From: a virus
Lineage: Duplodnaviria > Caudoviricetes
Reading direction: 5' to 3' (one strand)
DNA length: 53,239 bases
Virus record (IMG/VR): IMGVR_UViG_3300005805_000116
Coordinates: 1 to 53,239 of that record
Part shown: in pieces, positions 45,138 to 53,239 of the stretch
Numbering within the stretch: the stretch's first letter is position 1
Layout: every line of letters begins with the position of its first letter
Notes under the pieces: model-generated
Database searches by the model: none
Told to the model about the DNA's origin: nothing
Seen by the model: the letters and a program-made list of their open reading frames with translations, nothing else
Made by a program: the position numbers and the translations under genes

Positions 45138-46849
45138 TAAGAGATCGTACTAAAATTCTTACTCTTTGTAAAGCGAATAGTTTTCTGGAACTTGTCAGAT
45201 ATTGTCTCTTTGTGAGATATCACAAAAATGTTCGTGTCTCTAAACATATCTGAATTTAGTAGAGACAAAACGTTCTCAGTGGCGCTCGTGTCGAGATAGC
45301 TGTCTAGCACTTCATCCATAATTAGCAAGTTTGTGTTCACGCTGTTCTTCATCTTGGCAATCGTGCGCCATGTAAACAGGAGAGCAAGATCGATACGTTG
45401 CTTCTCACCTTCAGAAAAGTTTTCGTAGCTGAAGTCATCTCTTCCACGAGACTTGATGCTCTCGTTAAACTCTTCATCAATATGGAACGACACAAAGAAA
45501 TTCATCGCATTGAGGAATACGTTTGTGTGCTTATTGATAAGTGGAAGATACTGCTTAATGATGCGAGCTTTTACGCCGTTGTCTTTCAGTAGCATTGTGG
45601 CAGAATCATGTATGCTCTTTTGTATCGAGTGCTCTTCTCTCAGCTTCTCTAAACGTTCTGATTCTTCACTGAGCTTGTGTAACTCTTCACTCTTTTCGCT
45701 GGGTGCTGCTTGCTCTTGCTTCAAGTCGAGTGTGTCTTGCGCTATCTTTTTGATAAACTGGTTGATGCCGCTGATGACACTCTCGTTTTTGCCAATCTGA
45801 TAGTTGAGTTTATCGATTTGTTCTTCAACATGTTTGACTTCTTCCATTCGTGAGAGAAGTTTACCAAGTGCGCTTTCTGCATCTGTTAAACCAGACTGCC
45901 ACTCACCAATCTTGTTAGTCTTCTTCTCAATCTCTACTTCTTTGAAAGTGTCTGGAATATCTTGCGAGCATGTTGGGCAAGTATCATGTTCTTCGTAGAA
46001 CACGATCTCTTTCTTTGTCTTCTTTACGTTCGAGTCGATCTTGTTCTTGATGTCTCGTATTTTCTCAATCTGAGAAGTTAAGTCTTGCTTGATGTCTGTT
46101 TTTGTTTGTAGCGACACTACGTTTGCTCTGAGCGATTCATTGTCAGTGCGTATCTTTTGTATGTCTGCTTTGTGCTTCTCAATAAGAGCGATATTCTCAT
46201 CGATTTTCTCTTGCTTGTCTTTCGACAAGTCGCTAATATACTTTTGCTGAATCGAGATTTTCTCTTTTATGATTGATGCTGCAAACTCATTCTCTTGTAT
46301 TGCTTGCTTGAGTGTGGACATCTTCTGCTTAAGAAGAGCGTTCATCACTGAAAATATCTCAATGTCGAGTAGACCTTCGATGATGATTCGTCTATCTGAA
46401 GGCTTCAGTTGCATAAACGGCGTAAAGTTTGAAGCACCAAGCACGATGATCTGTGTAAATGCTTTGAAGTTGAACTTGAGAATGTTTCGCTCAAGATACT
46501 GCTGATAATCTTTGGTGTGAGAGTCTTGATTGAGGAGAACACCGTCACAGAAAATCTCAAACACATTAGGCTTGATACCTCTACGAATGAGATAGTTTTG
46601 AGAGCCTATCGAGAACTCAGTCTCAACCAAACAGTTTTTTTGATTGACCATATTGACAAGCTGATTTTTGTTGATGTTACGAAACGGTCGATTGAACAAC
46701 ACGAACGCGATTGCATCGAGTAGAGTGCTCTTGCCACTGCCAGATTGGCCGAGAAGTATAGTTGTGTGCTTCTCAGCGAGCTTGACTTCTGTAAAGTTAT
46801 TGCCAGTAGATAGAAGATTCTTCCATCGAATCGTCTTGAATATTATCAT
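45137..46849 (-). CDS. 46: Recombination ATPase gp46 (Rad50/SbcC-like)
   Basis: GQSGSGKS, CPTC zinc hook, FSEGEK, IMDEVLD, ISH. Confidence 0.95.
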   Translation of the reverse strand: MIIFKTIRWKNLLSTGNNFTEVKLAEKHTTILLGQSGSGKSTLLDAIAFVLFNRPFRNINKNQLVNMVNQKNCLVETEFSIGSQNYLIRRGIKPNVFEIFCDGVLLNQDSHTKDYQQYLERNILKFNFKAFTQIIVLGASNFTPFMQLKPSDRRIIIEGLLDIEIFSVMNALLKQKMSTLKQAIQENEFAASIIKEKISIQQKYISDLSKDKQEKIDENIALIEKHKADIQKIRTDNESLRANVVSLQTKTDIKQDLTSQIEKIRDIKNKIDSNVKKTKKEIVFYEEHDTCPTCSQDIPDTFKEVEIEKKTNKIGEWQSGLTDAESALGKLLSRMEEVKHVEEQIDKLNYQIGKNESVISGINQFIKKIAQDTLDLKQEQAAPSEKSEELHKLSEESERLEKLREEHSIQKSIHDSATMLLKDNGVKARIIKQYLPLINKHTNVFLNAMNFFVSFHIDEEFNESIKSRGRDDFSYENFSEGEKQRIDLALLFTWRTIAKMKNSVNTNLLIMDEVLDSYLDTSATENVLSLLNSDMFRDTNIFVISHKETISDKFQKTIRFTKSKNFSTIS

Positions 46850-47928
46850 CCAGAACCTTGTACTTGCTCATTGGAGTTGAGTGCTTCAATGTACAGCTCT
46901 CTCAGAAGATCATTTAGCTGATTCTTGTGAGCGCCTAGCTCCAATGTATCAACACACTCTTTAAGTATTGTGAGTGTGTCTTTTGTTTCATCAAACGTCT
47001 CATCTTCATTCGAAAGCTCTTCAAAAGATGCTTCTATGACTGAGACATCACATGGATTGCACTTCTGTATATTCTCAAGAAACTGATCAAACCAGTATGG
47101 ATTGTTTTTCTTCTGTACAATCACTTTGACGAACATGCCGCTGACTTGAGAAAAGTCTTTGCTCATCAAGCTGTCGTAGCTCTCTGACGAATCGTTGTAG
47201 TAGATCTTGTGAAATATCTGTATTGGATTCTCAACAAACTTTAGCTCAAGAGTTTCAGTATCGAGCACATGAAAGCCTTTTGTTGATCCCCAATCACCCC
47301 ACATCATAGGATACGGAGCACCCAAATAGTGAACACCGCCGCGACTAGATTTTTGGTGAAAGTGTCCAGAGAGTGTCATGAAGAACTTGTCGAATAACTC
47401 AGAGCGAAGACCCTTATCAACGTTGAGATGCCCTGCGTACATTTCAAAACCAATAAGCTCAAGATGTCCCATGCAAACTTTAGAGCTAGAGCGAGAGATG
47501 AGTTCCATTGAATGTGCGTGATTGTCTTCGCAGATCCAAGGCATGTAAAGCACGTTTAAGCCTCCAACTTCTACTTCTGTAGCTTCTGGGTAGATACGAA
47601 ACTTGTCGTAAATTTTTAGAAGCTCTTCAACACTGTTCACTTTGTTTGTGTTCTTGTAGTATGTGTCGTGATTTCCGATGAGAATATCAACTCTGTCACA
47701 CATCTCATTCAGCGGCGCAAACACTCTACGCTGCCATGAGTGTAGAGTATTAAAGTTGATGTACTTGCGACGATCAAACGTGTCACCCAAATGAATCACG
47801 TTCTTGATATCGTGCTGTTTCAAGTAAGGGAAAAACACTTCTTCATAGAAGCGAAGAAAGTAGTCATTCATCGCTTGACTATCGTTTCCAGCTCCGCTGT
47901 GCGTGTCTGTGATTATTGCAACTTTCAT
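46846..47928 (-). CDS. 47: Recombination nuclease gp47 (Mre11/SbcD-like)
   Basis: TDTH, LGDTFDRR, GNHD, GHLE, SGHFH. Confidence 0.95.
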   Translation of the reverse strand: MKVAIITDTHSGAGNDSQAMNDYFLRFYEEVFFPYLKQHDIKNVIHLGDTFDRRKYINFNTLHSWQRRVFAPLNEMCDRVDILIGNHDTYYKNTNKVNSVEELLKIYDKFRIYPEATEVEVGGLNVLYMPWICEDNHAHSMELISRSSSKVCMGHLELIGFEMYAGHLNVDKGLRSELFDKFFMTLSGHFHQKSSRGGVHYLGAPYPMMWGDWGSTKGFHVLDTETLELKFVENPIQIFHKIYYNDSSESYDSLMSKDFSQVSGMFVKVIVQKKNNPYWFDQFLENIQKCNPCDVSVIEASFEELSNEDETFDETKDTLTILKECVDTLELGAHKNQLNDLLRELYIEALNSNEQVQGSG

Positions 47929-48158
47929 TACTTCGAGTTCTTTTCTGCTATCATCTCTCGCACAATATGACGTATAGCATCACCACGAGAAACATACTTT
48001 CCAGATTCAACTTGCTTGTCAATCTTCTCTACGACATCACAGGCAAGATCTAAAGATACGCTGATACAGTTGTTTGAAATCTTCTCATACGCTTGACCAT
48101 CAACAGAGATGTAGTCAGGTGCAGCTTTCTTTTTCTTTAAGGTTCGTTTGCGTTCCAT
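47928..48158 (-). CDS. Ribbon-helix-helix (CopG/Arc-like) protein
   Basis: ISVSL....EKIDKQVESGKYVSRGDAIR. Confidence 0.65.
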   Translation of the reverse strand: MERKRTLKKKKAAPDYISVDGQAYEKISNNCISVSLDLACDVVEKIDKQVESGKYVSRGDAIRHIVREMIAEKNSK

Positions 48159-48430
48159 AAACCGATATTCTCTTTCTGAGCCGGATAGAACAAATCATAC
48201 AATGAATTTACTGTGGATTCAAGATTTGATCCTGAATTTTTATATGGACGAATGATTTCTACTGCTTTGTCAACAATATGTGATGTTCCAATTAAACCTA
48301 AATCTGAAACCAATCCATCAAACACTTGCCTAGAAGTGGCAGTACGAACGCGACACTGTTTATACAAACAGTCGAGTAGCTTTTCTCTCTTCAGCTTTTC
48401 TTGCTCTTGTGTCCAAATCGATGTTGACAT
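48137..48430 (-). CDS. Hypothetical protein
   Basis: Probable start MSTSIW right after the gp55 stop. Confidence 0.5.
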   Translation of the reverse strand: MSTSIWTQEQEKLKREKLLDCLYKQCRVRTATSRQVFDGLVSDLGLIGTSHIVDKAVEIIRPYKNSGSNLESTVNSLYDLFYPAQKENIGLWNANEP

Positions 48431-48431
48431 C

Positions 48432-49013
48432 TCACTCGTCGATTGTGTCAATAATCTTTTCGAAGCCAACTTTCTTGGTGGGCTTCTTCTTACTCTTGAT
48501 TTTACGTTTCTTCTCTTCTTGTGTACGTTCAAAGTTCTGTAAGAACTCATGCATGTTTGCATCGGCATAATCACTTCCGTACTTCTGATTAGAATTTATG
48601 CCATCTGAATCTCCAGAAAGATCACTAAGAGACTCTTCAATGATTCTATACTTAGTGGCAAGGTGCTTCTTCTCCTTCTGTATACGTCTCACAAATGCGA
48701 AATAGATAATCTGTGTGAAGTATGCAAAGGGGTTTGATGACTTCTTTGGATTGAAATTGTTAAGATACTGAAGAGAGTTTTCTATGCCATCTGAAATCAT
48801 CTCTTCTCTAAAAGGGTAATTAACAAAGTTAGGCTTGTTTGCGAGCTTGTTTGCGATTGAGACAATACACTCACCGATGTAGTTTGATATCTGCGGAGCT
48901 GGTTTCTTGTCCTTCTTTGCTTTCTTAACAGCAGCAATATGAAGTTTCATCTCTTTAAGAAACTCTGGGTTGTTGACGTAGTGTAGTTTTTTGCCGGAAT
49001 CTTGTTTCACCAT
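48432..49013 (-). CDS. 55: Late-transcription sigma factor gp55
   Basis: HYVNN, PNFVNY..REEMISDG, NPFAYFTQI, FVRRIQKEKK. Confidence 0.95.
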   Translation of the reverse strand: MVKQDSGKKLHYVNNPEFLKEMKLHIAAVKKAKKDKKPAPQISNYIGECIVSIANKLANKPNFVNYPFREEMISDGIENSLQYLNNFNPKKSSNPFAYFTQIIYFAFVRRIQKEKKHLATKYRIIEESLSDLSGDSDGINSNQKYGSDYADANMHEFLQNFERTQEEKKRKIKSKKKPTKKVGFEKIIDTIDE

Positions 49014-49019
49014 GAAGAA

Positions 49020-49047
49020 AGATTAACACACTTCCTCCCATAGTAAA
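49020..49047 (-). promoter_or_regulatory. Sigma70-type promoter, 6 nt from gp55 ATG
   Basis: TTTACT-N16-TAATCT (TG extension)-ttcttc-ATG. Confidence 0.5.
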
Positions 49048-49386
49048 AATTTTTATTGAATGGAATGTGATCCCTTTAAGGGGTCCTAAAAGAATACTAA
49101 AGGCTGTTAGATCGCTTCTTCAAACGCTACACCCGCATTTAGTATTCCAATCGTGATTATGGTTGAATCCAGAGAAAATATTTTAGTGGTTCCTGTAACA
49201 CGTTGAGATCTAGTGAAAGAAAGTTTCACATGATGTTTGAACCGAACTGAAACCTGTAGTTATTGGTTCCAAACGGCTAATCCTATTGAGTGTTTTTCTT
49301 CGAGTCTGAGTGCAGAGACAGACTCCTTATTCCTATTAAAAATGCGTGTCCTAACGTGTTGATTTTGCTATATAATTGGACAGCAT

Positions 49387-49848
49387 TTATTGAATGTCGT
49401 CATCATCAAACTTGTGTTTCTTCAACTTGTCTTTGAGCTTCTTCGTTTTCGGGTCTGTTTCTGCTTCTGTGTCACTATCATCATCATCAGCTTCGTCTTC
49501 AAGTTCTCCTTCAGATCTTGAAAGCTGATCGAGAAGTCTGCCTGCCAGAACTATGTCAACGTAGTGTTGTTCTAGGTCTTGGTTTGCAGTGCCTATGGTT
49601 ATGACTTTGTTCTTATCGATTGGAAGAGTCACATCTCTGATTGATGGAACCCAGTCTATGAGATAGAGTGCGTGTACTTTGTTTACAGCATCGTAATCTG
49701 CAACGATTTTCATTGGATTGGTTACGAACAGCAGATTGTCGAGTGTGTAGTTCTCATCATCGCTTCTCTCGTCAGCACCGTCTCTGACTCCGCCAATGAT
49801 TTCGTCACCTGTTACTAGCTTTAATACTTTTAGTCCTACACTACTCAT
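49387..49848 (-). CDS. Conserved T4-like hypothetical protein downstream of uvsW (Sm-like fold suspected)
   Basis: VLKLVTGDEIIG, NPM, WVP; acidic tail. Confidence 0.65.
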   Translation of the reverse strand: MSSVGLKVLKLVTGDEIIGGVRDGADERSDDENYTLDNLLFVTNPMKIVADYDAVNKVHALYLIDWVPSIRDVTLPIDKNKVITIGTANQDLEQHYVDIVLAGRLLDQLSRSEGELEDEADDDDSDTEAETDPKTKKLKDKLKKHKFDDDDIQ

Positions 49849-49870
49849 CAGGCACCTCTATACTTGATAT

Positions 49871-51346
49871 TTAGAAAAGATTGACCTTATGTAATTTGAA
49901 CTTGAACTTCTCTTCGTTGTAGATTTTGACTCTCTCCAAGAAATGCTTTACAGCAAAATTTTTGTATGACTTGTCTGTTAGATCGTCTACGATATCATAC
50001 AGTGTGGCTTTGTCTGAGTGATCCCCTATTCTTAGTGTTCTTCCAATCGATTGTAGAGTCTTGATTCTTGATTTTGTGGGAGATGCAAAGATGATGTTCT
50101 CCAAGTTTCGTATGTTCACGCCGGTACTAAACACGCCAGATGATGCTATGATGATGGCATCTCTTTCATTTTCAGTTATAGTTCGTATCTGTTCTCTGGT
50201 CTCTGCGTCAGTTTCGCCTGCCACAAAGAACACTTTTCGATTTGGATCTTTCTTGTGTGCTAGATCTTTAATTGTGTCGTACAGAACTTTTCCATGTAGT
50301 TCTACAAACTGAAACAGCACAAGACAGTTTGCTTTTGTGCTCACAGCCAGATTTCGAATGAACTTGTTTCTCTTTTCATTTTGTACTAGAAATTTGATCT
50401 CTTCGTTGTATTTCACTTTCTTGACTTGCTTGCATGTTCGCTCATCATACTTGAGAACAACACATTCGATTTTTAGCTCTGCGAGCTGTTTCTTCTCCAT
50501 GAGCTTCTTTGTTGTCGTTACTGAGAATGTTTTGCCAAACAAGCCTTCAAGAACTAGCTTGTGTGTTTGTGTTCCGTCTAGAGTGCCTGTCGTGCCAAAT
50601 CGATACTTTGTATTTTCGAGCTTTGACATGATGCTCGTGAGAGACTTTGCTTTGAAGAGATGAACTTCGTCGCCTATCACAACATCAAATTGCGAGAACC
50701 ACTCTTTGGGCAACTTATAGATTGATTGCCATGTTGAGATTACGATCTTTTTGTTTGTGATCTTTTCTTGTCCGCTGTATATTGGGTGACATACTCGATC
50801 AACACAGAACTCTGGTTGATTCTTTGCGTACTCTTTGAAGTCTGAAAACATCTGTGATACTAGCGATATTGTCGGTACTATTATTAGCGTCTTCTTGTTA
50901 TAGAAACGAGATAGGGCGTAGATTATCAGAGATTTTCCAGATCCGGTTGGTGAAAGTAGTAATGATCTGTTTGTGTGTATGGCATTATGAATCGCGTCAA
51001 TTTGATAGTCTCTCGCTTCAAAAGGTAACTCTAGAGCCTCAAGAAACTCTGTCGTTTGTTCTCTCGAAAATTGAATACGTTCTGATAGAGCAGGGTCAAC
51101 TTCTAATTGATAGCCACGCGACTTGCAAAACTCTTTCAGATAGTCTAGCAAGCCAATGTATAGAGTACCATTCATCAGATTGAATAGTCGCAAACAACCA
51201 TCCCACATTCGCATCTTATATGCGGGCATGAACTGATATCCAGGAACCTGAAACTTGAAAAAGTCAGACAGCTCCCGATAGATCGAGGATGAAGTGTCTA
51301 CAGAAATGTAGACCTCGTTCAATTTTTTAGCAGTCAGTTTTTCCAT
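49871..51346 (-). CDS. uvsW: SF2 helicase UvsW
   Basis: RDYQ, SPTGSGKS, DEVH, TGT, FSTGVNI, QSIGR. Confidence 0.95.
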   Translation of the reverse strand: MEKLTAKKLNEVYISVDTSSSIYRELSDFFKFQVPGYQFMPAYKMRMWDGCLRLFNLMNGTLYIGLLDYLKEFCKSRGYQLEVDPALSERIQFSREQTTEFLEALELPFEARDYQIDAIHNAIHTNRSLLLSPTGSGKSLIIYALSRFYNKKTLIIVPTISLVSQMFSDFKEYAKNQPEFCVDRVCHPIYSGQEKITNKKIVISTWQSIYKLPKEWFSQFDVVIGDEVHLFKAKSLTSIMSKLENTKYRFGTTGTLDGTQTHKLVLEGLFGKTFSVTTTKKLMEKKQLAELKIECVVLKYDERTCKQVKKVKYNEEIKFLVQNEKRNKFIRNLAVSTKANCLVLFQFVELHGKVLYDTIKDLAHKKDPNRKVFFVAGETDAETREQIRTITENERDAIIIASSGVFSTGVNIRNLENIIFASPTKSRIKTLQSIGRTLRIGDHSDKATLYDIVDDLTDKSYKNFAVKHFLERVKIYNEEKFKFKLHKVNLF

Positions 51347-51349
51347 GCA

Positions 51350-51390
51350 GCAAACACAAATTATCCATTTGGATATTTATGTGTGTTTGC
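51350..51390 (-). promoter_or_regulatory. Inverted repeat containing a late promoter upstream of uvsW
   Basis: GCAAACACA..TATCCA/TGGATA..TGTGTTTGC with CATAAATA (51374-51381) in the 5' arm. Confidence 0.7.
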
Positions 51391-51402
51391 CGAAGCGTAT
51401 TT

Positions 51403-51834
51403 TTAGCTGCCGCTGGTGAACTTGATAAACTCGATGGCATTTTTGATCAGAAAGCCACGAGTGTTGAGTGTCTTGATGATGTCTTCCAGAAATTGAACTT
51501 TCTCTTTCTGCACACTGAGCTTCAGTAGTCTCTCAGCAACTTCTTTGTCAGCTTCCATATAGACTGATAGATCGTTCTTGAGTACGAATTGAAATGGTTC
51601 CCATCCAAGCTCGTTAAGCTCAGATTGTGATAGCTTGCCCGTGTAGTATTCGTGCTTCAGCTTATAGAACTGTTTGTATGATTGCTCTTCTGCTTTGAGC
51701 TGAACTTTCTCTCTTAGATAGAGCTTGTAGTATTTGCCATGAAGTGTAGGTATCTTAAGACTCTCTGCGTCTAGTTCTGTTCTATCAATTTTGCCGTCTT
51801 GTTCCCAGAGAGCTTCTAGTTCTTCAAGTTTCAT
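51403..51834 (-). CDS. uvsY: Recombination mediator UvsY
   Basis: W..D.KID, ESLKIP.LH.KY, YYTGK, IKNAIE; upstream of uvsW. Confidence 0.9.
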   Translation of the reverse strand: MKLEELEALWEQDGKIDRTELDAESLKIPTLHGKYYKLYLREKVQLKAEEQSYKQFYKLKHEYYTGKLSQSELNELGWEPFQFVLKNDLSVYMEADKEVAERLLKLSVQKEKVQFLEDIIKTLNTRGFLIKNAIEFIKFTSGS

Positions 51835-52103
51835 ACTACACAGTAGGCGTACCAGTTGTTTTGGAATTCAACACTGTTGCTGTAATCATCATACAGCAGA
51901 TCTTCCGTACGCTCAACTTTATTGTATGTGTATTTTACTGTAAGTGTTCCAAACGTGTTCGCATGATTGAAATTGTCTGGACAATTCGTTACAACTTCTG
52001 CGTATATGATGTTTCCTGTGTATGGAAAACACACGATGATTGTATCACCTTCTTTGAGGTTAGTAATCCATTCAGGTGCGCTACTCATCATCTTTGTCAG
52101 CAT
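51831..52103 (-). CDS. Hypothetical protein
   Basis: ORF in operon with ATGA overlap to uvsY. Confidence 0.55.
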   Translation of the reverse strand: MLTKMMSSAPEWITNLKEGDTIIVCFPYTGNIIYAEVVTNCPDNFNHANTFGTLTVKYTYNKVERTEDLLYDDYSNSVEFQNNWYAYCVV

Positions 52104-52458
52104 TTTGCATTATCCACTCTAAAAATTCAGGATTGTCCTTCAATACAGTATGTAGTCCGTTTGCCATCTTGCGAACAACTTTTTCCTCTTCACGAAGGTT
52201 TCGAAAGTTGATATCAAACATGTACACAACACCGTGTAGCATCTCATGAAGAATTGTGTTTACGATCTCAGACTTCTTTTGCTTCGAGTAGTATGCAATA
52301 TGAGCATCTTCAGGTACACACATTCCTACAGCTTTGTGTTTGATGCTCCACTTCTTAGAGCGCGGCACTAACTTGAAATTAAGATAGCCAATTTTGATTC
52401 TCTTCGGAGTCTTTCTCTTGACCATGTTCTTCTTCTGAGCTTGCTTTCTTTGTGTCAT
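52081..52458 (-). CDS. Phage HExxH metallopeptidase-like protein
   Basis: NTILHEMLHG, EEKVV, LKDNP. Confidence 0.65.
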   Translation of the reverse strand: MTQRKQAQKKNMVKRKTPKRIKIGYLNFKLVPRSKKWSIKHKAVGMCVPEDAHIAYYSKQKKSEIVNTILHEMLHGVVYMFDINFRNLREEEKVVRKMANGLHTVLKDNPEFLEWIMQNADKDDE

Positions 52459-52459
52459 A

Positions 52460-53020
52460 TCATCCAACCTTTTCAACTCGGTAATAGTCATACTTAAATG
52501 TCGCCGTGCAGTTTACATAAGTCACGTTTGTATCTGTTGTGTCGAATGTTGCTTCACTCAAGCTCACTGGGTGTAAATCAATGAAAGTTATGGCGACTTG
52601 TGGATTGTTCGCACTTGAATTGATGAGAAGTATTCCTTGTCCGTATAGATCGCCGCTCGTTCTAGCAGATGTTGACTCTCGAACTTTACCATCGAGATTT
52701 TTTACTGATGATTTGATGAGCGAGCCGTATTGTGATTGTCTTTCAGGAAAGCTGATGCTCTGCATCCAAGTAAAGATGTCGAACCAATTTCGCATTCCTT
52801 CGTCCATTTTGAAATCGATGCTGAGTTCGCCGAATTGCATGTGATCTCCAGGCCAAGGAATATTCACGAGAGGGTTTGCTCCTTGCCCCGCAGTGCCTAT
52901 AGTCAGTGAAGGTATGTTTATTTTTTGTATGAAGAAACTCAGATCGGGCAATCTGTCGATGCGAAACTCAAAGTTCAGTGGTGACTGAAAGTTTCTGTTG
53001 CTGATGTCTTTAATTGACAT
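52460..53020 (-). CDS. Tail-tube-fold protein (gp3 tail completion-like)
   Basis: FFIQKINIP, PGD, L.IDF..DE, F.DL.P.SLS, ATFKY; typical position between 23 and uvsY; late promoter CATAAATA at 53050-53057. Confidence 0.78.
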   Translation of the reverse strand: MSIKDISNRNFQSPLNFEFRIDRLPDLSFFIQKINIPSLTIGTAGQGANPLVNIPWPGDHMQFGELSIDFKMDEGMRNWFDIFTWMQSISFPERQSQYGSLIKSSVKNLDGKVRESTSARTSGDLYGQGILLINSSANNPQVAITFIDLHPVSLSEATFDTTDTNVTYVNCTATFKYDYYRVEKVG

Positions 53021-53133
53021 AACTGCTCGTAAAGTTTATTGTTATCGTATATTTATGATACATGGAGTCGGTTTTGATATCAAGAAGAAAGTAAAAAAGT
53101 GTTATGGAACCAAATCCATGCGGAATCCAAGCC

Positions 53134-53162
53134 AAAAAAAAGGGAGCCGAAGCTCCCTTTTT
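53134..53162 (-). terminator. Intrinsic terminator with cUUCGg tetraloop after gene 23
   Basis: Minus strand GGGAGC-TTCG-GCTCCC-T8. Confidence 0.92.
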
Positions 53163-53184
53163 CCAATCCATTGAACATTCTCAA

Positions 53185-53238
53185 TTAGAGAAGGTTCTTG
53201 ATTGCAATCTTACGATAGTATGAGTTAAGTCCGTTGTT
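53185..53238 (-). CDS. 23: Major capsid protein gp23, C-terminal end (partial)
   Basis: Minus strand reads NNGLNSYYRKIAIKNLL*, matching the gp23 NxYYRxxxxKNL terminus. Confidence 0.82.
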   Translation of the reverse strand, partial: NNGLNSYYRKIAIKNLL

Positions 53239-53239
53239 C

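Noticed and set aside
148-52844. The many plus-strand ORFs in the six-frame track
   Set aside because: They are antisense shadows of well-supported minus-strand genes, with no recognisable motifs
1-53239. Stop-codon reassignment
   Set aside because: Core genes are full length under the standard code and end in TAA, TAG or TGA
1-53239. tRNA genes, CRISPR arrays or long tandem repeats
   Set aside because: No cloverleaf or repeat-spacer pattern seen by eye in the few intergenic gaps; a tRNAscan/CRISPR scan was not run

Overview
A 53 kb segment of a large lytic T4-like myovirus genome (about 40% GC by eye, standard genetic code), with almost every gene on the minus strand. Read from the right end it runs from the C-terminus of the major capsid gene (23) through gp3-like, uvsY, uvsW, 55, 47, 46, an AAA+/VWA pair, 45, 44, 62, regA, a two-gene split DNA polymerase (43A/43B) with an intervening GIY-YIG-like ORF, uvsX, 41, dam, 61, class II RNR (nrdJ), ruvC-like, exonuclease I-like, ung, rnh, denV-like and phoH. 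Notable accessory content: (i) an 8 kb late-promoter cluster whose enzymes carry T4-type capsid-targeting-like sequences, suggesting a packaged and injected enzyme cargo; (ii) a translationally coupled PLP-enzyme plus beta-glucosyltransferase-like pair suggesting an unknown DNA hypermodification; (iii) tandem SemiSWEET/PQ-loop genes behind a large SPPY methyltransferase; (iv) a ClpP with an altered triad. Regulatory reading shows apparently leaderless promoters on key replication genes, a late-promoter/hairpin switch at uvsW and IHF-like sites. The first ~90 nt look like an unrelated GC-rich bacterial gene fragment (probable chimeric contig end). Family assignments come from motif recognition only; no database searches were run.
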